From NCBI RefSeq assembly GCF_006345805.1, contig NC_042999.1, positions 104,284,001 through 104,348,000 on the forward strand: a stretch of DNA of 64,000 bases, written 5' to 3'. The notes under the pieces were generated by a model, which saw nothing but the letters and a program-made list of their open reading frames with translations, searched no databases and was not told the origin of the DNA. The DNA comes from Octopus sinensis (Eukaryota). Each line of letters begins with the position of its first letter. The first letter of the stretch is position 1. Positions 54,333 through 64,000 of this stretch are shown here, one piece after another. Position numbers and translations under genes: made by a program.

Positions 54333-54612
54333 AAGGAACCTGCTGCAAACCCTGGTTTCACTGCCCATAATGTAGAGGAGCGAAAAAGATCAATAAATAT
54401 AAGAGCCTGGCTGGTCGCTATCAGTTTGTGGTAGTTGCCATTGCAACATCAAGTGCTCTAGAATCTTGTACTACTGATTCCTTCGCAAATTAGGGATAAT
54501 AGTGGCCTGTCAGAGAAATGAGCTCTGTGAGGTAGAGTGGCTATTGCAGCAAGTGTCACTGGCCATTCTCTGTGGCAATGCCATTGCTATCATTACTACA
54601 GGGCATAGTTGA
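54333..54612 (+). mobile_element. CRE-like non-LTR retrotransposon C-terminal fragment
   Basis: AHNVEERKRS/YKSLAGRYQFVVVAIATSSAL/FLRKLG...EVEWLLQQVSLAILCGNAIAI (two frameshifts), matching the recalled KY..L...Y.F.PVA.ET.G...QR.S.AI.RGNA motif. Confidence 0.7.
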
Positions 54613-55944
54613 GCACCCCACTTATTCGGGATATGTGGCCCATTGCCTCCCCACTTCCATCTTCTGTTGCTTTACTCCCTTCCCTTTTTTCTTCTTTCCT
54701 TTCTCATCTCTCTTCTTTCCCAAGGACTAAACACCGAGATCATTCACCAGATTATGTTGTCCTGTATAAACCTGTTGTGTATTATATTTTGAAATGAGTT
54801 AGATTCCAGTTGTTAACCAAACTACCTCATCACAGCAAAATAAAGTTTCTATTAGTAGCTGGTAAATAAAGTAAAGTAAATGAATCTCAAACAAGAAGAA
54901 ACAAAAATTCTACCTAATAACTGTCATCATCATCATCATCATCATCATTTCACATCTACATTCTCTACTTGTATGGATTTGTTGAGTTGATATAATCCAA
55001 ATGAGCTAAAAAACTGAGTCTTACTCCAGTGTCTCAACATTAGCATAGTTACTACAATTGGATGGTTTTCCTAATGCTAACTATTTTACAGAGTGTACTG
55101 GGTGTTTTTATATTTTGTTTCTGTGGTACCAGAACTTATATATATATATATATATATACACATCATTATCATCATCGTTTTAATGTTACCTTTTCCATGC
55201 TTGATGGGTCAGACGAAACTTGTGTGCAAATGTTAAGACAAGGAGAAGACACAAACATATATATACATATATGCATGTGTGTATACATGTACAACAGTCT
55301 TCACATTTTGTGTTTCTCAGTTCAGCCTGCAACTGTAGTTCTCAAGTGAACTTAACTATGGGAGAGAGTCAGATGTAGGTACATTTATGCATGTGAAAGC
55401 AACAAATCTTGACTGAAGAAAGGATTTGACATAAGCATGGAGTTTAATATTTATTATGATTTCATTGACTGTGATTAGTGACTTCAAAGTTTTGCTATGT
55501 GGGTAACTTAGTCGAACTGTGAAATAGGAAGACAAACCACAGTTCTTGTGTATCATTCAGTTCTATGGAGAGAAAAAACAGAAGAAATTGGATCAAATGA
55601 GCGAGGTTGTGCTCACTTACACACATGCACATGTGCATGCACGCTACATCTGAATGAGAACCAAACTTAGACCTTGATGACCCTTTCAATTTATGCCAGC
55701 ATGAAAAGCAGAGGAAAGATATGTATGTATATGTGTGTCTGTGTGTGTGTGTGTGTATGGATGCATGATTTTTCGTTGAGTTTTATTAAAGTTCTTCTTG
55801 AGAGTGTTCAAGCTAGTTGCTAACAAAGTAACAAGACTTTTTGAGTTAAGAGAGCTCCTGATATTGTAAACGTGGTTGAGTTAGTGTGTTGGTTGAACTG
55901 TCAATGTATTCACCCGAGTGTGTGCATCTATTCACATAAGAATC

Positions 55945-56146
55945 TCAGATGGAGAGTATTTGGAATCTTAGAAGTCTTCACTGCACCACTAATAGATTGG
56001 ATTTGGAGAATCCATGTCAGTTTATTCTGTTCTCTCTCTGCAAAACCGAATATTTCTAGGTTTTTGTGCAAATTTGTTGGTACATAACCAAATGCACCTA
56101 AATTGATAGGTACAATTGAGAATTCATTGTCACTGTACAAGAACTG
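55945..56146 (-). mobile_element. RLE-type LINE C-terminal fragment (third family)
   Basis: FSIVPINLGAFGYVPTNLHKNLEIFGF...LQIQSISGAVKTSK resembles the ..IVPIVIGALG....LQ...I.GTVKI.K end of R4-like ORFs. Confidence 0.55.
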
Positions 56147-56334
56147 TAAGTTTTGCATTGTGTATGTATGTAATAGGTGTAGGCATGGCTGTGTGGTAAG
56201 AAGCTTGCTTCCCAACCACATGGTTCTGGGTTCACACCTACTGCATAGTACCTTAGGCAAGTGTCTTCTACTATAGCCTTGGGCTGACCTAAGCCTTGTA
56301 AGTGGATTTGGTAGAAGGAAACTGAAAGAAGCCC

Positions 56335-56391
<57 letters not shown>

Positions 56392-56639
56392 TTGTATCTG
56401 TGTTTGTCTCCCACCTTCATTTAACAACTGGTGTTAGTGTGTTTACATCCCTGTGACTTAGCAGAATAAGTTCCAGGCTTAAAAAAGAAAAAAAAAACAG
56501 TACTGGAGTTGATTCATTCAATTAAAAAACTTCTTCAAGGTGGCACTCCAGCATGTATGTATGTATGCTCATAATTTCAGTCATAGATGTTGAGATATTG
56601 ATGTACTTAAATGGATGCATGCATTCAGAGGTTTTAATT

Positions 56640-56670
<31 letters not shown>

Positions 56671-56682
56671 TATATAGGTGCA

Positions 56683-57063
56683 GGAGTGGCTGTGTGGTAA
56701 GTAGCTTGCTAACCAACCACATGGTTCCGGGTTCAGTCCCACTGCGTAGCATCTTGGGCAAGTGTCTTCTGCTATAACCCCGGGCCGACCAAAGCCTTGT
56801 GAGTGGATTTGGTAGACGGAAACTGAAAAAAGCCTGTCGTATATATGTATATATATATATAAGTGTGTGTATGTGTTTGTCCCCCTAGCATTGCTTGACA
56901 ACCGATGCTGGTGTGTTTATGTCCCCATCACTTAGCGGTTCGGCAAAATGGACCGATAGAATAAGTACTGGGCTTACAAAGAATGAGTCCCGGGGTCGAT
57001 TTGCTCGACTAAAGGCGGTGCTCCAGCATGGCCGCAGTCAAATGACTGAAACAAGTAAAAGAG
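56683..57063 (+). mobile_element. tRNA-derived SINE (family 1), full length, little diverged
   Basis: GGAGTGGCTGTGTGGTAAG (A-box-like), GGGTTCAGTCC (B-box-like), TTGGGCAAGTGTCTTCT core, central (TA/TG)n, 3' half ending ATGACTGAAACAAGTAAAAGAG; CpGs retained. Confidence 0.9.
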
Positions 57064-57097
57064 TTAAAGAGTTAATATATATATATATACATACGCA

Positions 57098-57473
57098 TAC
57101 AGGGTGCAGTGTGTAAATTGTCACCATTTTATATTTTTAATTTCGTGCATGTGCATTGTTTGTTTTTGATTTTGTTGATTACACAGTATAGTAGGGTCAG
57201 TTGGGCATCATCTGTGAGAAAACAGCACCATGACACAATTCACTCTGCCAGAAATTTGGAAACGACATGCTGTACTGCTTGGCATTCACACCAGAAGCTC
57301 CAATACAAACAGATGGTGAACACACAAAACAACTGTTGGCTTGCTGTGTTCCCAAAACATGTACCGAGAGTGATAAAAATCAAACATCCAGTCAACATCA
57401 TGGTGTTTGGAGTGATCACTAGTGATGGCAAAGTTTTGCTTCCATTCATCTTCCTACACGGCCTCAAAATCAA
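57098..57473 (+). mobile_element. Second, 3'-truncated copy of the maT-like element
   Basis: Same TACAGGGTG start and KHPVNIMVFGVITSDG motif as 11481-12260. Confidence 0.8.
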
Positions 57474-57719
57474 CAGGTGGGGTATGTGGGAGTGGGTGTA
57501 AGGGATGGAGTGGAATGGGATTGATAGGGAAGGTGGGGTTGGATTGTGTAGGGGTGGAGTGGGGTAACGATGAAGGGGAAGGTAGAAGGTGGGTATGAGT
57601 GAAGAGAGAAGGAGAGTAGGAGTCGGAGCAAGAGAGGTGAGGTGGGTGGAAGGAAGAAGGTGTGAGAGGGGAGAAGGTTAGATGAAGAAGGGAGGAGAGT
57701 TGAGCTCATGTGCAGCAAA

Positions 57720-57824
57720 GGAGCAAAGAGAGAAGATTAGGCTATAAATTCCATTACTGAAGCAGCAGAGAAGGTCACTTGGAGGCTTTGGATAAAGAAG
57801 GCCTTCAAGTTCTGACCATCCCAT
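57720..57824 (+). mobile_element. HERO/NeSL-like LINE C-terminal remnant
   Basis: AINSITEAAEKVTWRLWIKK resembles the recalled terminal motif AI...TEAAE.ASRWLWIKR; short match only. Confidence 0.45.
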
Positions 57825-58065
57825 TTTATTTCTTTGAATCAGAGACTCCATTGCATTGTCTGATGTATCTAACATTATATGCATTATTTGAGATGGTAAA
57901 GTTTGATTTGATTGTTTACACTTGGAAGATTTTTTTTTGTAAAGAACTGTTTATGTCAGTGAGTTGGCACTGTTGTCATTGCCAACACTTCCTTCCCTCA
58001 CTTTTTATCTGATTACCTATTTTTATTTGTGTCTTCCTTTTTACTCTTTCTAAACATTCCATTGT

Positions 58066-58100
<35 letters not shown>

Positions 58101-58223
58101 TGGCAGATAGAGTAAAAGGGAGAGAGAGGTGACTGTTTGTCTTGTAGTTATTGAATACAAAACACACACACACACACACACATTTAAATAGAGACATTTA
58201 TGAGCGCATGTGTAATTTGTATG

Positions 58224-58304
<81 letters not shown>

Positions 58305-58340
58305 TATATTTATTATATATATATTTATTTATATATATAT

Positions 58341-58374
<34 letters not shown>

Positions 58375-58466
58375 ATTATTTATATATTTATATATATATT
58401 ATATATTATATATATTTATTTATATATTATATATATATATATATAGATATATATATATTTATTTTA

Positions 58467-58541
<75 letters not shown>

Positions 58542-59354
58542 TGCATATGTATTTATATAGAGTATGTATATATATATCTAAGTAACCATAACTTAAGGGA
58601 AAGTACTTAATAATTGTGTGGTAGAGTGGAGATATTTGTTTATTTGGCTGATGATGACACTTAGATGACTAATTGTGTTTCCGTTGAATTTCATCATCAT
58701 CAGGGCGCTGTGATGATTTTGCAATTCAAAAGAAACACAGGTGTGTGTTTGTGTATGTGCACACACACACACACACACACAACGTTGACTGTAGAAGCAT
58801 TTATTATACACAAATATGTTTTGTTGCACCTGCATCTTTATAATCTAATGTACTGTATGTTTGTGTATGTTACATGTATTGTAATGCATTTGTGAGCTTC
58901 TGCTGCATCTCCGATACAAGGACACACAGATATAGTGAAAAGATTGTTGATATCAAACAAACTTAGTGGAGATAATTGAAGCCAACTATAACAAGCATTA
59001 TGTGTCCGTTTCTCATTGGATGAATAGTCATTGTTCGATTTCTTTTGTTGTACATGTCAGTTTGTTGTTATTGTAACTATGATAATAGCGCTAGCTACGA
59101 TAAAATCACAATGGTTCATACAATAACAATACAGTTTAATTTCGAAGAGTATGTTATGTTGTATCAGAAAAGAATCAGCATTCTTTAAAAATAATAAAAA
59201 TAATAATAATAATGTATAAACCTGTAAAATGCATTACAGAATAACAACATGAATGGCATCTGTGTTTTCCCATGATAATGTTTTATGAATCATATGATGA
59301 CATTATTGTTAATGTTTTTCTCCAGTTTGGTTCTATAATGATTATTAAAATAGC

Positions 59355-60325
59355 ATTCAGAGAGCACAGACCTCTGCCAAGGCAACACTAATGTCCTCTC
59401 AACGATTAGCCAGAGATGATTTTTAAAATGAGAATATCTGAAATAAACTCGACTGCTCTCAAAAATGAGAATACTAAAAATGAACCTGACCGCTCTCAAA
59501 AATTAAGTTAAAAAAAATGGAAAAATAATCCTGAATCCTTGCCCAGTACCTGATCGATCCCAATGGTTCTCATGGAATGTGAAGGTGGCCGTAGAAAATT
59601 TAGTGACTGTAATAAATAGTTTATCATTATCTAATACAAGCCAAAGTTAACAAATTCACCATTCAAAATTGTTGCAGCCTAAAGTGAGATAATTGAGAAA
59701 GACTTGAAAGTTAATGTAAGATTGTAATCATGTAAAGTAAATATAACAGGGGATGTACTCGCATAGCAAGTGATTTGATCTGAGATCGTGTGTTGATACG
59801 AAAACAATTGCAGCGTGGAAGGTGTTTGTAAGCCATTTAAGAAACCCACAAAAGCCGTTCGATTCACTTCAACATCTAAGTTTAATTTGTCAAAATATTT
59901 TCGTCGCTAAAATCCGCGACCTGTTCACTGACAAAAATCCGTGCTGCATCTGAGAAAGTAACAGTTAGTTCGTCATATATATGTGTGTATGTATGCATAC
60001 ACGCATGTATGCATGCATGTATGTATGTATGTATGTATGTATGTATGTATGTATGTATGTATGTATGTATGTACATACACCTGTGTATGCATATATGTAT
60101 GTATATATGTATGTGTATGTATATGTGTGTGTGTAAATATAACAAATAATCCAGAATCCTTGTCCGGTACCGGATTGACCCCCAAATTTAATCAGTTCAT
60201 GCCAGTCACGCGGCATGAAAGTTTCATCTGAATCCATCCAGCAGTTCTTGAGACATCTTGTCCATGGACAAATAAACAAACATTACTGGAAACAATATCT
60301 CTGCCTTTGCTAAAGCAGAGTTAAC
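59355..60325. mobile_element. Possible Helentron-type non-autonomous element interrupted by ~59575-60140
   Basis: Sub-terminal CTCTGCC at ~59371 and terminal hairpin CTCTGC-CTTTGCTAAA-GCAGAG at ~60299-60320; the segment AATAATCC(T/A)GAATCCTTG(C/T)CC(A/G)GTACC occurs at ~59524 and ~60147. Confidence 0.4.
59886..59935 (-). ncRNA. Variant minimal hammerhead ribozyme motif with G3-C8 core swap
   Basis: Minus strand: TTTGTCA / GTGAACA / G / GTCGC-GGATTTTA-GCGAC / GAAA / ATATT-T / TGACAAA. Stem I is a perfect 7 bp, stem II 5 bp, palindromic AATATT stem III. Core reads GUGAACA instead of CUGANGA (both partners of the 3-8 pair swapped), with one extra nucleotide after A9. Confidence 0.65.
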
Positions 60326-60337
60326 AATAATAATAAT

Positions 60338-61137
60338 AGCCCAACATGTCGTATATGTAAACAACAAAATGAAACCATCAATCATGTTATCTCCATGTGT
60401 AGTCTTCTTGTACCTACAGAGTATCTCAACAGGCATGATAGAGCAGCACAGTATATTCAGTGGGCAATTTGAAAAGACTTGGACCTGATCCATGATAAAA
60501 ACTGCTTGAAAATGACCACATCTCACTCCTTTGGAACTTCACCATTCAAACTGACAGAAAAATAGATACAAATAGTCCAAACATTATATTGACAGATTTC
60601 GGGCAAAATCATGCCTCCTCATCGATATGATTGTCATAATCGACATAAATGTTGCTGTCAAGATCTACTAAAAACTGAGCGAGTATAAAGATCTTGAAAT
60701 AGAAATTGGCAAAATGTGGAACCTCAAGACTAAAACAATATCTGTTGTCATAGGTGCCCTAGGAATGATAGCAAAAGGGGCAGATTAATACCTAGCTCAG
60801 ATATCAGGAAATCCAAAAATGGAAGAAATTGAAAAAAAAAAGTTGTGCTCATGGGAACTGTCCATATCCTACATAAAATATTGTCTATGTAATCCCCAAA
60901 ATATTTCAATCTATAAACAATATCAAAATACTTTTAAAAGTACATAACAGCAAACACCTTTTTCTGTCATCTTAACATCAGACTATCATCTTAGACATTC
61001 TCTAGAAAAATACTCTGTGCAAAACCAAATATATGGCACCCAAGTCATAACACCAAATTGAACTTGTCTCTTGAGAGTTAGGGTTAGGGTGAGACTTGGA
61101 GTCAACTTGTACAAATACAAAGCAAAAGCCAAACATA
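60338..61137 (+). mobile_element. Second R4/Dong-like family, 3' part plus UTR, between (TAA)n tracts
   Basis: PTCRICKQQNETINHVISMC...EYLNRHDRAAQYIQW...LWNFTIQTDRKI...CLLIDM...YKDLEIEIGKMWNLKTKTISVVIGALG. Confidence 0.9.
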
Positions 61138-61859
61138 TAATAATAATAATGATTTCAAATTTTGGCACAAGGCCAGTAAGTTTGTGGAGAGTGGGTAAGT
61201 TGATAACATCAACCCAGTGCTCAGCTGGTACTTATTTTATTGACCCAGAAAGGACAAAAGGTAAAGTTGGCCTTGGTGGAATTTGAACTCAGAATGTGAA
61301 GCTGGATGAAATGCCGCTAAGCATTTTGCCTGGTGTGTTTACTTTTTCGTATTGGAATTGGTTAGTTGGGTCCATATGTCTCAATATTGCAATCATAGCA
61401 AAAAAAAAAAAATGAATGTGAAGTTTACACTCAAGGGTTTGAGGATAGGATTGACGAGTTTTGCAAAGAATTTAATGCACATACAGGGTTATCTTTTGAT
61501 CCCTTTCTATGCATAATACTTTTCTGGACACTCTGAAATTTCCTTCTTTCCCATGTTTTTATTGCTGCCATTGATTTGGAGTTGTTCAAGAGAAATGCCG
61601 TATCAATTTCACTGGTCTGAGAAAGCTTAAGAAGGCCACCACCACAGTCTGTTCCTCCAGACCAAACCAATATGAGTTCTTTCCAAAAAGAAACTGAATT
61701 CTTAAAACAGTTACCAACTAGCTGGTGCAGTTTGCTCATGACTGATGGGCTGTACATGAACAACCTTGACCTTCAGTCAAATATTAGGTCTATTACACTG
61801 TTAGTCATTGATCTGCATGTATTAAAGTGAGCATATATTTAGTTCACATGGAATTTGTT

Positions 61860-63130
61860 CCAAGTTTAATGGTAAAGCATTTGAAAGAGTAATATGTTTG
61901 TGTGAAATTCTTTCATACTGGGAAAAGTCTTTCATGAGGTGAAACTTTACTAATGTTGCAACAGGCTTGTGGGCAGAATTGTTTGGGCTATACACAATGT
62001 CTCAAGTGGTATCAGCATTTTAAATAGAGAAAAATATCTGTCAAAGATGATCCCACATCTGGATAGCCTTCCACACCGGTGGATGATGATCACATTTTGA
62101 TCTATGGAAATTGTTGCCTGACTGAGTGTCAAGTTTCCAAAATGTAGGTACCTGTTAAGATGGTGTCACATAATTTTAAAAGGAAAATTGAAGATGCATC
62201 ATGTTACAAAATCTGTACTACATCTGCTGGTAGATGAACAAAAAAGAGCCCCGAGTTAGAGAGTCATAGACAATTATAATAATAATAATAATTGTGTACA
62301 GTGCTCAGGTGCACTACAACTCATCTAAAGTGTATATATAATCAGGTGTAGTTTCGGCGGATTTCAGAAAGCATGAGGGCCTTAAAAGTGTTTGATTATT
62401 CCAACACTGATAGAAAAGTGTTCATTGCATTAGATTGGATCATCACCATAAACAAACAAAATATGTCTTTCACTCAAATCTCTCTATATATATAAAGCTG
62501 AAGTTGTCTGTGTATGGCAGGTTTGGTAGCCTTCAACTAACACTATCTCCTCTGAGACCCTGTGGCGCAAGTTGACCAAAATTGAGAGTATGATTGAAGA
62601 AGGCTTGCTCTTCCTTCCGTAGAAGAAAAAATTCAGATCGGACCATGTTAACACCAAAAATTATTTACATCAAAAAGGTGCTTTTTTTTTCTATGAAAAT
62701 CCCTATCTTTTACGATTTTTTGATTGCTGTGTTGCCATTTTTCGGTGTATTTCAGCCAAAAAAAATGTTCACTTTTTCAAAAATTCCAATTCTAAAGGGT
62801 CAAAACGAACCCAAGCAATGCCAGGCGATACTGCTAGTATGAAGATAATGTTCATTGTCATTTTTGATTGGAAGGACATTTGATTGGAAGGACATTGATT
62901 GGAAGGACATGAGTGTGTTCTATGTGGTCAGATGATCCGTGAAGAGTTTCACTTGAATGACTTGAGGTATATGAGAGAAGTAGTGCAAAGGGAGGTGAGA
63001 CTTGGGCAAACAAAACTTAGATGCTGCACCACAACACTCCTTCTCAATTGTCACTCTTTATTCATTACTTTTTGGCAAAACATAAAACAACTTTTGTCTC
63101 CCAGCCACTCTCTCTAGACATTCAGCTCTT
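61860..63130 (+). mobile_element. mariner relic interrupted by a (TAA)n-linked piece and a Helitron
   Basis: TQCLKWYQHFK...KDDPTSG*PST; CHIILKGKLKMHHV; KIMFIVIFDWK; GQMIREEFHL; MLHHNTPS...FLAKHKTT. Confidence 0.75.
62479..62837 (+). mobile_element. Non-autonomous Helitron, type B, inserted in a mariner relic
   Basis: A|TC...GCGATACTGCTAG|T; homologous to 15067-15465. Confidence 0.8.
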
Positions 63131-64000
63131 ACATATTTATCTCTTTCTTACTAAGCATGCACCCAATCTCTACAGGTGAGGTGGATTGTAGTTGATTGAT
63201 TCCAATACAAATATATCACTGGTGCTTATTTCATCATTCTTTGAACTCAGAATATAGATATGAAATTTCTGTTTTAACCTCCCAGTATTGACCCTGCAAG
63301 GGACACCCAGGCCAATCGTCTTTGCATCACAACCTGTCGTCTTTAAAAAAGCAGTGAATATATTGGCCAATTAGCTACTCAATACTCTTAAAATACCAGC
63401 TGAAATGACTTTGGTCATAGGTTTGCTCAGTCAGGGTTAATCTGTAGCTAAATGACAACAAACTCTTTGTCAATTTTCTTCTAGTTTTATTTCAGTTCCA
63501 TGGCTCTCTGGTATCGTGTCTCTGTTATCTTTCTCTCTGTGTTACACTCAAAGACTTTCTTTCATTTATCTCATTCTTTATCCTGTTTTCCCAGTTACTT
63601 CCAGTAGTAGTTCTCATTTTCTGTTTATGTATTGGTTACTGTTACTTTTTTTCCCTGCTTCTCTCTTCTCATATTGTTTTGTAAAATGTGTCTTTATTCT
63701 CTCTTCCTCTAAAAAGTTTATACCACCCAAAATTAATTTATTTTTGATATCTTGTACTTGTTTCAGCCTTTGAACTGTAGCTTTGCTGGGGCATTACCTT
63801 GAAGGGTTCAGTTAAACAAATCAACCCCAGAACTAATTTTTAAGCTCCATACTTATTCTACCACTTGCTTTTTGCTGAACTGCTAAGTTACAAGGACATA
63901 AACAAACCAACACCAGTTGTCAAGAGATGATGTGGGATACACACATGTGCACACACACCAGTTTCCTCTCTACCAGATCTACTCACAAAACTTTGGTTAG

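Noticed and set aside
61077-61088. TTAGGG repeats (also ~20752-20767) as telomeric sequence
   Set aside because: Only about two units, internal to repeat UTRs.
61431-61763. 110-aa minus-strand ORF with plausible splice sites
   Set aside because: It ends at a TACAGGG Tc1/mariner-type terminus (61482), and another frame weakly resembles a transposase C-terminus; more likely a transposon remnant, though not proven.

Overview
AT-rich, microsatellite-saturated eukaryotic genomic DNA, most likely a coleoid cephalopod (octopus-type SINE/LINE landscape; this is inference, no database search was run). Only one host coding exon is recognisable: the first coding exon of an OS-9-like ER lectin (42537-42701, +, ending at a GTAAGT donor). 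I could not find exon 2 in the remaining ~21 kb. Nearly everything else is simple repeat or decayed mobile DNA: several tRNA-derived SINE families, RTE LINE fragments, restriction-like-endonuclease LINEs (R4/Dong-, CRE- and HERO-like), Tx1/L1 3' ends, mariner and maT relics, MITEs, non-autonomous Helitrons and Penelope-like elements (PLEs). The most interesting signal is a set of minimal type-I hammerhead ribozyme motifs with unrelated flanking sequence, folded by hand: 5823-5867 (+), 10921-11007 (-), 34604-34651 (-), 59886-59935 (-) and a weak one at 52681-52717. Each has its own (near-)palindromic stem III. One carries a compensatory G3-C8 swap in the catalytic core, and one sits in the arm of a ~610-bp foldback element. 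Almost all ORFs in the supplied track are microsatellite or transposon artefacts. Repeat boundaries are approximate unless termini are stated.
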